Of a DNA stretch of 64,000 nt, positions 25,450 to 38,290 are shown piece after piece. The DNA comes from Thalia democratica (lineage: Eukaryota), in the NCBI GenBank assembly GCA_965202585.1, contig OZ241827.1, forward strand, positions 2,418,001 through 2,482,000, written 5' to 3'. Every line of letters starts with the position of its first letter. Within the stretch, counting starts at the first letter, position 1. Made by a program: the position numbers and the translations under genes. The notes under the pieces are model-generated. The model did no database searches. It was not told where the DNA came from and saw nothing but the letters and a program-made list of their open reading frames with translations.

Positions 25450-25639
25450 AATAGTGTTTTGTGTACAATAGAAACATTACTGATACTGTTTCGTCTAATT
25501 TAGTTAATTATTTTTAATTAGTTTTTTCCTTCCCACCAAGAAGTTTATAATTATTTTAACCAAGAATTTGTCACACATTAGGTAGATTTTTTTTTTGAGG
25601 CTCTTTAAGCACATGATATTTAAGGTTGAAATTGTTTTT

Positions 25640-26010
25640 AATAGTATTTAGTTACTGAAAAGATACTGTAATGCTATTTAAAACTTGTTTTACAATATAA
25701 AAAGTTCCAAAAAAAGGTTTTTTGAAGTTTATTCTGAATTTCTTCCAGGTTAATCAAAAAATAAGTTTTTTGGTCCATTTTTAGTAAAAAAAAAATGTAA
25801 GGTAACAAAAACTTTATTAACTATTAAGAGAATATATTTTAAAGCTACTTTAAAATTACTTTTATAACTTTAAATTGTACAAAAAAATCATTAAATAGAT
25901 TTTTTTTATCTAATTGAAATTTCATACTTTACATGTAAAAACAATTAGAAATTTCAGGTTTTTCAAGTTCAGTGATTTTTGTTTGAAATTCCAGAAGTCA
26001 AGGTTTTTAA
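25640..26010. mobile_element. Degenerate internal fragments of subfamily A MITE (boundaries approximate)
   Basis: Shared blocks GAAAAGATACTGTAA.GCTATTT, TTCCAGGT and TTTCAGGTTTTT; no TIRs. Confidence 0.5.
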
Positions 26011-26199
26011 CAAGCATGTCCAATTTTTTATTGAGTCTAATAGTTATCTTATATCCAATCTAAATTCCATAAGTTTACATGCAAAATTTATTCAAAACTC
26101 CAGACTTTGATTAACAAGTATCAATTTTCAAGGATTCAAGTTTAAATTATTACTTTTCTATGCATCAAATAAACTTCAAAGTATTTTTAAATCAAATAA

Positions 26200-28500
26200 A
26201 GCTTGATAATGTTAAAGGGTACTTAGTCAGAAAGAAAATAAGTGTTTGGGAATCGAATAGAAAGCAACCAAACTATTTAAAAATATTTGAAAAGTTAGTT
26301 AAGTTTCATTGATTTTGGGGAAATTATTTCTTCCGGAATAATTATGTTAATTTTATCTTAAGCTGAACAAGCTAGATACTATGGCAGCCAAAAGTCAAAC
26401 ACCATCTTTCTAATAAGAAGAATGGAATTCTTCCCTTAAAGATGGAAATAAACTAAGAGAAATCATTGGAAGATTTACTTATAAGTCAAGGATTTCTACT
26501 TAAATATTTGAGTAATAAAGATCTTCAGTAAATAATCTTAAATCTATTAGGCATAAAAACAACCTTTACAAAATACTTTGCAGAAATAACTTTAGTAAAA
26601 TGCACCAAGTAAAAGAATATAAAGTTTATAGAAAAAAGTTAATAAAAATTAAAACAATTTCAAAAAAAAGTATTTTGAAAAAAGACTTCAAAGGTGTAAT
26701 AAAGATTCAGCAGAGACTTGGAAGGTAATTAATAATATTACAAACAGACAGAAAAAAAATATTCCTCATAAACTTGAAATAAATGAAAAATCTTTTGTTA
26801 ATTCAGATGAAATTGTACATTACTTAAACCTTCATTTTGCCAATATTGGAAAACAAACTTATTTAAAACAGGAAATTCATACAAAGTCTTCTATAAATAG
26901 CCCAAAAAACCACTATAACAGTTTTGTCTGGTTTGATGTACATGAAAATGAAATAATAAGTATTATAAAAAGATTAAGTTCAGATAAAGCTAGTGGTGTA
27001 GATAATATTTCTATTAAAATCTCTAAGAAAATAAACTATCATATAGCTCCAGTTATTAGTGAACTAATCAAGCATTTCATGAAGGTAATTACCCAAATTG
27101 TTTAAATTTAGCTAAAGTTATACCTATATTTAAATCAGGTTCAAAAACACTTCCAGAAAACTATCGACCGATTTCACTTTTATCAAATATTAATAAAATT
27201 ATAGAAAAAGCCATATATAGTCCTTTATACAATTTTTTTACAAAGTTCAATATCTTAAATTCTTCTCAGTTCGAATTTAGGGAGGGACACTCTACTACCT
27301 TAGCTCTTTCAGAGTTTGTAGAAAGTACATTGTCCTCCTTTGATAAGGGAAATGCAGTTTGTGCTGTTTTATTAGATCTGAGCAAGGCCTTTGACTGTGT
27401 GGATAGAAAGATTTTGTTGACAAATTAGAATATATTGGAATAATGGAAAAATGCATAATTTAATAAAATCATATTTAACTGAAAGAAGGCAATTTGTTAA
27501 TTTTGGAGGGCATGAATCAGATTGGGAGGGTGTAGAAGTAGGAGTGCCACAGGGTTCTGTATTGGGACCATTATTGTTTTTGGTATATATAAATGATCTT
27601 TAAAAAAACACCAGTCTAAATGTACTAAACTTTGAAGACGATACATTATTATATACCACATTTACAAAACAGACACTGCACACCTTAATTCAGAACTAGA
27701 TAATGTATCAAAATGGTTAAAGGATAATAGGCTTAAACTAAATACTGATAAAACAAGGTACATGCTCTTTCACTCGGGTAAAAAAAAAGTTTGGAAAAAC
27801 ACAAATTTACATATAAAATAGGTAATACATCCATATTAAAGGTAAAAAATTATAAAATTAATATAATAAATTATTTTAAATTTTAATAAATTTAAAATTG
27901 ATAGTCACCTCAATTGGTCTGACCATATTGAAGCAGTAAAAACTATTGAAGACTATTTGTATTTTATACAAAACAAGGTACTTTTTAAATCAAAATTCCT
28001 TATACTACATCTTTAATTCTCTTCTGATGAGACATGTAAGATATGGTTTGTTGTGTTGGGGTAGGGCAAGTAAAACTAAAATTACTGTGATCGATAAACT
28101 CATTAGTAGAGCATTAATTCTAAATGAATTCATTTATTCTAAAGATTAGAGTGAAAGGGTTAACAGTATAAAAATAGAAAAGAAAATATTAGATGTTAAA
28201 AATATGTTTAAGTATGAGGTAGGAGTTTTTAGGCACAAATTTAAAGAGATACTTTGCCAGTTGACTTTAAGCCTTACTTTACAAACGTTAATAAAATACA
28301 TAATCATCTAACAAGATTTGCCAAAACAAACTACTTTTTCCCAGAGTAAATAGTCTCTTTGGTCTTAAAACATTATCTTACCTTGGTTCTAAACTATGGG
28401 AAGAATTGCCTAGAAACTTTAGATCAGAGCTATCTTGGAGCACTTTAATATGGAATGAGAGAAAACTTACTTAAAAGACAATCTGAAAAATATTAAGCTT
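26200..28500 (+). mobile_element. Decayed CR1/L2-clade non-LTR retrotransposon ORF2 (reverse transcriptase), 5'-truncated, with stops and frameshifts
   Basis: KASGVDNI (~26985), AKVIPIFKSG..NYRPISLLS (27112-27185), DLSKAFD (27375), [20 protein letters not shown] followed by TAA (27541-27603), FEDD (27631), then C-terminal RYGLLCWG-type motifs. Confidence 0.92.
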
Positions 28501-28908
28501 AATCTTTACCAATATTTAAACTTATATCTTTATATTGGTGTTAGTACCTTTTTTGGGACTGATTGCTGTTGTTCTTATAACTGGGTGAAGGTAGAGCTGG
28601 ATTGGTATAATTTGGTTTTGTTATTTTATTTATTATATATACTTTTTTAATTTGTTTCTTGTACATAAAATTTAATAGTAATGTTTTGTCCTTAATGACA
28701 GTGTGATTAAAAAAGTAGATGTATTATTTTCTTTTTTAATTCTATTTTGTAGTTTTTTGTTTATTATATATTAATTGTTTATTGGTTTCAGAAGATAGAG
28801 TTTCTAAATTTAGAAGTAAAAACTTGATACTTTTTAGACATTCTTGTTATTTAATTTTATTTGAAAAAAGTTAGTTTTAGGTTTACAAACAGTTTATTTA
28901 ACTTAATT

Positions 28909-29773
28909 CAGGGTTGCCACTCTTTGAGCCAAAAAATCTTCCCTGAGTGACCAAAAATTTCCCTGAGTAACCTTAAATTTCCCTGAGTTTCCCTGAGTAT
29001 TTTTCAAATATTAAAAAAAAAAATTTCTTTTCTAACACAAATTATTAATACCTCATTCTCATTTTTCTTCTTTAATAATAAAAGGAAGGTTGTATGTGTA
29101 TGCTTCTGCATTAAGTTTATGAAAAAAACTGTTTTCAAAAACTCAATCTTAAAAGGTTTAAACCAATTAAAAACTAAAAACTAAATTTTACCACAACTTT
29201 GTGTAAACTTGTTAGTTAACTTTCTACATAAAAGAATAAAGTTTTTACTGAAAACAAGTAGTTGTAAACAAATAACAAATAACTTTATTATTTGAAAAAT
29301 AAGAACTAATAGTACAACATAGTGTTTTTTAAACTACATAAGTAACTAAAAATAAAAAGTTTATTAGAACTTTTTAATGAATAGTTAACAACAACTTTCA
29401 TTTCTCTAAACTGTTTGATTTTACTTAAGTAAATATAAATTTAAAACTTAAAAAAACTACAATGTTAATACTAAGAATATTGAAGAACTAGCCGCAAGGC
29501 TAAAAAAATTCTAAATAACCACTTAAATAATAAAAATTACTACTTTTGAACAAAATATTGAAACTGGATTAACTAAACCTCATTCTAGATCTAGAAAAAA
29601 ATTTCCCTGAGATTTTCAAAAACTTCCCTGAAATTTAGAGAAAAAATCAAAACTTCCCTGAGTTTCCCTGAGTTAAAAGAAAAATGCCAAAATTCCCTGA
29701 GTTTCCCTGAGATTTTCTACAGTTTGAAAATTCCCTGAGATTCCCTGAGTTCCCTGAGTGTGTGGCAACCCTG
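28909..29773. mobile_element. 865-bp MITE, subfamily C
   Basis: Perfect TIR CAGGGTTGCCAC / GTGGCAACCCTG, TTCCCTGAG subterminal arrays at both ends, perfect 6-bp TSD TTAATT. Confidence 0.92.
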
Positions 29774-32700
29774 TTAATTAAAATACTTTTATTAACACTT
29801 AACTTTTTTCAGAAGATTTTTGTTAAGTTTTATTATTTTGTATTTTAAATTTAGCTGTTTATTGTTAGAAGTGATTTTATTTTAAGTATTGTATTCAATT
29901 ACTAGTGTTAGATTTTATTGATTAAAACTGAAATGTTTACAAATCTATAAAACAGTTAAACATTTTTTTACTCTATTTTTATTTACCTACAAACACATAT
30001 ACTAGAAATTTAAAAACATTATTTTAATATACATGGTGCTCTTACAGTTTTATGACAATACTAAATATTTTATCTTAACTGACATTACTAACTCTCCCCA
30101 TTTATTCAATTTTGAGATATTTGTTGCATTTTTTGTGGTTGCTCTTGTAGAAAGGGCAACAAGAAAAATGTGAATGTACATGATCATAAAAATAGAAATC
30201 TAGGGGAGGAGACAGTGTGGAGCCCATAGTAGACTATGGTTTCCATGGTCAATATTGGCAGTAATGTGTTAAAAAAGGGTGCTTACCATTTAAAAAAAAA
30301 AAATTTGTATATATAGTTACATTTAATTTTTTGTACATAAGTTTTTGATTTTATTTTTTTATTATTGTTTTAAAGTTAGCTCAAAGAATTAGTTACAATT
30401 AAATGGTGTGCAGCTCGATGATCAAAAGGTCTTTCTCCACACCAATCCATTGACCTTTGTTGTGAACATTTTTCTTTCTTTCTTAGGCATATTTAAGCTT
30501 TAAGTGGAAATAAAGTTAAGCCAATAATTAATATAATTAATTGCATAACCTTTGGAAAATAAAAAATATCAAAAAACCTTGAGAAAATTTATTATCAGGT
30601 ATAAAACATCAAACTTATTTAGTTATTCTAAAACTTGAATCCAAATTTATCCTTCTGATAAGATTTTTTGTTATTGTTTTTTGCTGGAAAATTCCCCTTT
30701 TTGCTAAAATCTTAGCATTCAACCTAATAATACTTGCGTTTGTAAAGCTTATCTTGAAAATTTAACAACAAAAACACAATATAATTTTTAATTAAGAATC
30801 AAAAAACTTAAAACCATTTTAAAATTTCTAAAAAAACATTAATCTTATTTATTTCTAATGTAAATTTAGTCATGTTGGTATACTTCTTTGAAAAATAAAA
30901 CAATAAAAATACGTTTGTTTTCCTGAGCTTTTTACTTATTGAACATTTGAACTGTAAATATATTTGTTACTTTTATGTTTTATTCAAATAAATGTTTCCA
31001 AATAATAGAACCAAAACAAAATTTTTTTTTTATTTTATTAAATAAAGCATCATACAATTGTTAATGAATAAAAAAAGTTTTGTAAAACTTGTCCAGTTTT
31101 ATATAAATTTAATAAAAAAGTATAAACTTTTAGAGTGGGTCAACTATAGTTTATAAATTTAAAAAAATCAAACAGTGAATTGATTACCTTGTATTAACTT
31201 AGCAATAAGCTTGAATCTTACATAGCTTGATTTTTTTTTCTCTAATTAAAAAGATATTTTTTAGAAATTTTAAAAATTAATTAATATCACAAAAAGAAAC
31301 TGCTGAAATAGTATTAAACTAAAGTTATGACTTTTTACTAACTGAAAATTTATCTAACATTGAAATCACGTAATCAATCAAACTAAACTGCGGAATCTCA
31401 TCAAGTATCAGCAAAAAAACGAAATTAATAAACAAATAAAAGTAATAATTATAATGATATTATAGTACGTATTTAAAAATTTATAAAAAATTATACTGCC
31501 AAAAGAAATATTTTATATGACACAACGTAATAATATAAATATCTATTTTATAATAGCAGGCTGAATATCCTACCACTCTCTGGTTTGTATATTCTTGTTT
31601 AAGAGGCGCGTCTAAACTTTTTTCAGTGGGGTAGCACATTATTGTTTGTTCAAAAAAAAGTATTTTCTTTCAGCTTTAAATAAAAACTTTAGAAACTTTC
31701 ATGAATGTCTATTATATAACTGTTTAAAAACTTCCTAGCTACATTTTTTTTTTCAAAAACTAGTCCAAACAGAATTCAAAACATTGATAAGTAATTCAGT
31801 TCTTTAAATTTTAGTAAAACAATTAAAATATACACCTTGGTCAATCATTATTGATAACGTGAAAACATTAGCTAACATGAATAACGAAAACATATATAAA
31901 TAAAAACTGAACACAAGAATTAAAAATTAGTAACTAACTTATTTCAATATTAGTTAAACATATTCAATGGTATGTAAATAAATTGATAAATGAAAAAATT
32001 CCAGTTAAAATAATTTAGCTAATGATTAAATATTGATCAAAAATTAATAATGTTCGAAAAACAAAATAAAACCAAAAGTGAAAGTTACAGTTTCTAAAGA
32101 AAAGAATAAAAATCTTTGAGTTGTAATAACGATCAAAATTAATTTTTAAACAATTTTGGTTGGCTTATATTGTATCAAAAGTTTCATTTTTCTTATGTGC
32201 AACTTTTGAAATTATAACATTTTTATGCAGTTTTTACTATTATTCGACATAATAGCCTTCAAAACTACGTCATATTAGTAAGACGTTTAGCAAAAAAGTT
32301 TAGCAAAAAAGCACAAGTAATTCTACTAAAATATGTAAGTCTCTGATTAGATAATGTTTTAATTGAATATTCTAAGCTTTTTTACTTATACTTCTTTTTT
32401 TCAGCGGGTGCACAGGAAACAGGAAATCAGTCTAAACATGCCCCTGAAAACAAATAAGTTGTTTTTTTACAAAAATTTTGAAATCTATTACTAAATTGAA
32501 TGTTAGCACACACAAAGATAAGTTATGCTTTTAGACAAACCAATTCAATTTATTCTTGGGTTAAAGAGTTTCGTAATACAAATTTTAAAAGTACTCTAGC
32601 CGCGAAATATTTTTTTAATTAGGTCTAGCACGCAGACTAAAAAAATCTTCAATACTACTTAATATAGAAATAATATAAAGCAGAATTTCCAAAAGTTGTT

Positions 32701-34640
32701 CATATGGCCCCATGGAGTATTATTTCTGAAACAATGATATACGCCCCTGAGTCTCATCCTTGTTTTCAAAAATAAAATCTTGACTAACTGTACAAAATAT
32801 TGTTCAAAACTTCAAAAAAGTCAGTTTTGTCACACTTTAAATCTAACTTACTTAGCTATTGTTCTGTTGCAGAAACAAAATGTTAGAAAGGCTAAAATTT
32901 AGAAGCTCCCAGACTAGCCAAATGAATCTTTTAGGATTCATTTTTTACTGTGTATGAATATCTTTCGTAGAGGAATACCCTATTTTTAAAAAACATAATG
33001 AATGAAATTTACTTGGATACTAAATCAAACAATCAATAAAATAAAAAGGAGATAATGAATCAAAACAACCATGTAAGTTTTTCATTTTTGAGGTTTTTGA
33101 AGATAAATAAAAAATGGTAAAGTTATCTTTACTAAAGAATTGAACAAAACATTTAAATTTTAGAAAATACTTAAAATAAATGGTGTGGTGTAGTTTAAGT
33201 CAAATGTAAAGTTATGGTTTTAATACAAAGTTCAGAACTTGTTTTGCAGTTTTGTCTTTTTATACAAAAATTGACTGTATTTTGCTTGAAATCATATATA
33301 TTTCTTGTTGTTAGTTTTGAAAACAAAAGTATTCTTATAGTAACTTGAGTTATACTTCTATTTTTATACTCAAAGTTTATGATTGTTTTCAAATATACTT
33401 ATAACGCCAAATTTTTTTTAAATATTTGCTTATTTTTTATTAATTAAATTATGTAGTAGTCATTTGGGTTTTCAAGTTTAAAAGAAAGATAAGGGTTTTA
33501 GTCTATTTATAATAAATATAATATGAATACATTAGTTTATTAGATAAGTTATAAATTCATACCTTTTCATAGTATTTTGAAATTACCACATATCCAAGGT
33601 AATAAAAAAGTGTAGTTAGATTACTATGTAAAAAAAAATGGAAGGATGGAGGAGTTAAACATATTTTAATGATACTGATAAAAGTAGTTGTTTACTGAAA
33701 ATAGATCTATTATGATTATAGAGACTTAAGCTGCTGTTAAAGTCAAAGAGTACTGTGAAATTTTATAAAAAGGGCACACTAAATGTCATGTAAAGATATT
33801 AATAAAAACCTATCTTTATTCAATTTTTAAAGCTTACGACCTAACATTTTTTTTAACTGATCATCGTATGATTAAAATCTATTTTGATAAAAATTTTCAT
33901 TTAATTAAAAACAGAATATTTTAATAGAAATTTCAAATAAATGTTTCTTAAAATTTTTTAACATTTGTTTTTTCAGGTAAATATTGCTTAAAAATTAAAG
34001 AAATATATAGGTATAAGTGAAGAACTACAGTTATAGTTTTCTCCTTTTATAAGCAACCTATAATACTCGATACTGATCAATCAAATCTGAAAACTTGTTT
34101 TTATTTTCTAAAAAAGGAAAACTTAGATAAATTTTACAAACTTAAAGTTGTATAAATAAAGATCTAAGTTGTAAAATAAAACCTGACCCCTTCATACTCC
34201 CATATGGCTCAAATAGTTCATTGAACGTTCTGATAATTTTAATTAAAACTAATTTATATTGTATATTTTTTGAATATAAATTTATAATTGCAAACTATGA
34301 AAAACTGTGCAAGCTTTTGAAAAATAAAATGAAATACAAACTATATTTTACTTCTATGGTTATGAGATGACATTATTGTATACCATATTTATTTGTATGT
34401 AAAATGAATAGATATTAAATTATCTCTATCTTTACCGGGTATAAATAGGTATAGAAACTTAATTTAGTTATAAAATTAACAACAAAAACTATGTACAATT
34501 TATTGCCTTCACAAATAAACGATTCAAAATGGTGCGCGACGCTTAAGTTTTCTAGGCATTAATCTTATACGAACTTCAATATCGATAAAGGTGGAAAAGG
34601 CGATATTTATGAACGTAGAAATCCTATCAAAATTGTTTCA

Positions 34641-34797
34641 TATCGTACCACAGCTTACGTCTTCGGCCACGAAGTCTCACGTAAGCTGTTTTATATCGTT
34701 CTATAGTTAACCTCTGCGGCCGCGCAGTCCCAAGCCAACTATTTTGTATCGTAATGCCATTCACGTCTCCGGCCTCGAAGTCTCACGTGAAAAGCTG
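34641..34797 (-). ncRNA. Candidate structured RNA element: three 53-nt units, each a bulged hairpin
   Basis: TATCGT recurs at 34641/34694/34747 and the inner stems at 34661/34714/34767. Base pairs covary between units, and A-C mismatches on the plus strand become G-U pairs on the minus strand. Confidence 0.55.
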
Positions 34798-34924
34798 CAC
34801 CTACTTCCACGAAGGAAGAGTTGCCCCGTTAAAGCGGCCTAGGTCCGCTCCGTAGGGTAGTTGAGGTATAATAACCTAATTGTAGATGTGCTTCATCGTT
34901 TATATACATTTTTACTCTCTCTTT

Positions 34925-35050
34925 TGCAGGTGGCTTGACATGTTGAAAGTTGCAGGTGGCTTGACATGTTGACAATTGCAGGTGTCTCGTTGCATGCTGG
35001 AAGCTGCAAGTGTTTCGGCATGTTGGAATCTGCAGGTGTCTCGGCACGGT
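34925..35050. repeat. ~26-bp minisatellite, 5 units (TGCAGGTG....CATGTTG...)
   Basis: TGCAG/TGCAA anchors at 34925, 34951, 34977, 35005, 35031. Confidence 0.85.
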
Positions 35051-36698
35051 TTTAATAGCCAGCTTACATACTCACCTGGTTTTGCACACGGCAATTAACG
35101 AATACAAAATTGTATTTATTTTGCCTTTGTCAATCAAAAAATATCGAGTAGAATTTAAAACATAAAATAGAGAATTGTTGTTATTATTTATTTGAAACTT
35201 GTCTTTTGAAAAGAATTTTTAATTAAAAAAGTTTTAAAATTTATTCTAATGCATGCATCGACATATGGACAATTAAAGTGAAATAAGTATAATTTCATAT
35301 AAAATGTCCAACAACATTACTTAAAACTTTTTTTTTTGGCTTAGTTAATGTACTAAATATTAAATATGATATAAGCAATATTTGTGTTGAAATAATATAA
35401 TTTAGAATTGTTAAAACTCAAATGTTGTGGACTAGCAAGTTGAGAAATTTATTTTGTGCTTTGGACTCAATTGTTTTTAATAAAGTTGTAATGATTATAC
35501 TATGTCTATAAAACATATTATAATAGTACTTTAGTCTTTTGTGGGTATCTTAAGTTGAAAACATTTTAGATAATTATTAACCTAAAAAGCAAGTGTTTCA
35601 AAAGCATCTGAAATCTTTTTAACCTGTGTTTGAGCTTAAAGGAAATCTTCTTACCCGTTAACTTTGTGTATTTAAATTTAATTTTTATAAATTTTAGCCA
35701 TATTCATAATAAAGTAACAAAGTATAACTTTTATTAATGTTGTAATGTTAGTAATTTGCAGAAGCTTGTGTTATCAAATATTAAGACTTAACTATCTACA
35801 TGATATGTTTCATTCAATTTTTATAGCTGTTCTTCATTTTTTAAATTTTTTAATTGACTTATCAAAATCTGTTTTAAAGATTCACTGATTATTATGAGTA
35901 GTAAATGTTTTGAGAACTTATTTACTGTAATATGTTAAAAAAGAATTAAGAAACTTAAAGTCTTTTTCAGTGCACTGCTTGATCTTGTAAATATATAGAA
36001 TATAAACCAACATTAGGAGAGTTTGACTATTTTTAATTTAAGAAACTCGTTTATAAAACTAGAATTGTATAGTCTATATACAATTTTTAACAAATATTTT
36101 AAACATGTGTTTCTACACATTTAAACTACAATTGCCAATATACTTTCTATTTTCAAACAATATGAAATAAAACTGTTATACACATTTAAATGCAATATTC
36201 CAAAATTTAACATTAATGTTTCAGATCAACTTGCAAAGCCATGGAATTTTGTTGCTGAAACTTTCCTATTAATTAAAGTATGATGAAAGAGGTTGGAAAA
36301 ACTAGGTTCTTAAAGACTAAAAACATAATGTTGAAAAAAATTGTGAGTGGAAAAGTTCAAGCTTTTTCAATCCGCAAAACAAAAACTGTTTTAGTGTAAA
36401 TCAATGTGTTTAAATTTAACACATTATTAGGTAGAACAGTTTTACAATACAATTAAACAAGCTAAATTTCAAGTACAATAACATTTATTTTCGAATGTTT
36501 TCTTTTTGTCAAAGCTGTTTAAAGTTTTAATGTTTTAGATATTGTTTAAGAATGTTTTTTATTTTTCCTATTCATAGTTAAACATTAACCATTCAAATCA
36601 AAAATATTAACAAACAGTAAGTATGTTTTAGAGTTTTTTATCAGTATCATACAGAACTATTCTTTAAGCAAAAGTCATAAATTAATTTTGTTAAAGTA

Positions 36699-37464
36699 CG
36701 AGTGTGAAGTTAGCTTGAATAAATTTTTAAAAAAATGTCCAAACTTTAGATCCAATTATTTTCCTTATCTTAATAGCTAAATAAAAACTTTTATTTTTAT
36801 TATAGAGAGCGGTCCTTTGTCTTTAATATATATTAAAAAAAAAAAATTTGATTGGGGCTTGGCTTTTAGTGTGGGGCCCCTTAGAAAACAAAAAAATATC
36901 AAATTTTTACTTAGCTCGAATTAAAAAAAAAAACAATTTGTTTTTTCTTTAATATTCATATTTACTAGCAAATAAATTTTATTTAATACATTTTTTTTCT
37001 AACTGTTAATATTTTGTACTATTTAGCCTTATTCTAGAATTCATAATTCCGGAATAAGGTCAAACAGTACGAAACATGAATTTTGTTATCGATTTTATAA
37101 TAAGGCCTTATTCCGGAATTAGGAATTCTAGAATAAGGCTAAATAGTACAAAATATTAACAGTTGGAAAAAAAAAGTCTTATATAAAATTTATATGCTAA
37201 AAAAAGGATATTAAAAGAAAAAAAAAAAGTTTTTAATTTTTTTTAATTCGAGTTAAGTCAAAATTTAATAAGTTTTTTTTCTAAAGGGCCCCACACTAAA
37301 AGTCAAGCCCCAATCAAATTATTTTTTTAAATATATATTAAAGACAAAGGACCGCTCTCTAAAATAAAAATAAAAGTTTTTATTTAGCTGTTAAGATAAG
37401 GAAAATAATTGGATCTAAAGTTTGAACATTTTTTTAAAAATTATTCAAGCTATCTTCACACTCG
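36699..37464. mobile_element. Fold-back MITE with ~360-bp inverted arms and ~42-bp spacer, probably Tc1/mariner-derived
   Basis: CGAGTGTGAAG...GGAATAAGGTC (36699-37061) is the near-perfect reverse complement of GGCCTTATTCC...CTTCACACTCG (37104-37464). The left flank is TA and the right flank TT (mutated TA TSD). Confidence 0.88.
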
Positions 37465-38290
37465 TTGTTAAGGTTTTCAGTTTTTACTATAAGTTGTTTC
37501 TTTGAAAAGTTTTTCAATTCTTTTTTGTTATTAATTAAAAACCTTAATATTTTGTAAGTTTTATTTTGAATACTACAGTTTTACTATACATAAAATTTTA
37601 ATATATTTTGTGCTTTGTGAAATGTTTATTAAGCTACAATAAATAAGATGAAAAAATACATTGGTTTTAAATTAATAGATATGAAAGTTTTTTAATTGTA
37701 AACATTTACCCCTTACATGTTAGTTTGTAAAGTTATTGTTGTATATTGTTTAAAAAAAATTATGACTAAAATTTAAATGACAACACTTGTTTATTCTTGT
37801 TAAAAAAATGTTTTTCAGAAATAAATCAATTTAAGCTCCTTTTAAATTTATCTTACATAACAATAATAAAATTTAGTTTGAGTTTGGTCAATAATTGGTA
37901 ACAATCGCGCTTAGTAGAATAAAATTATTTAAAAGAAGGTAAATTTTAAACAAAATCGAATTAGTTATTATTCAATTAAGCAAGCATCTTAAAATGAAAA
38001 TGTTAAGTTACCATAAATAAGATATGTTTTTCAATCCATAGAAAATATTTCATTTTCAATGTTTCAATTATTATTAAGTACATTTTATTATTAAATTTAA
38101 TAAATTTTTGATTAAATAAAAGCAATCACAAATAACAATAGAGAAATATTTAATATACAAAAAGTTATTTAAACATTTTAAATCCATAAAAGTAAAGAAA
38201 AATATAGTTTAGAAATGCATAAAAGTGCATTGCAAACTTCTTCTCAAGCTTATTCTCTCACTTTTTAAACTTTTTTTTTTGTTTACTACA

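Noticed and set aside
30085-30275. Imperfect palindrome / pre-miRNA-like hairpin (CATTTTT..TTGCTCTT / AAGGGCAAC..AAAAATG)
   Set aside because: Pairing is short and interrupted; most likely an old MITE remnant and not supportable as ncRNA.
33962-33982. Perfect polyY-CAG|GTAAAT ratchet-like site on the plus strand
   Set aside because: No plus-strand host gene could be established, and such 9-mers are expected by chance at this base composition.
34641-34797. CRISPR-like reading of the regular repeat/spacer pattern
   Set aside because: The 'spacers' are homologous to each other, the constant part is only ~11 nt, the context is eukaryotic and there are no cas genes.
34795-34860. Pistol or twister ribozyme call (hairpin-UUAA...AGGUGCAG; GUCCCAAGCC at 34727)
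   Set aside because: The required pseudoknot partners and spacing are missing; the resemblance is superficial.
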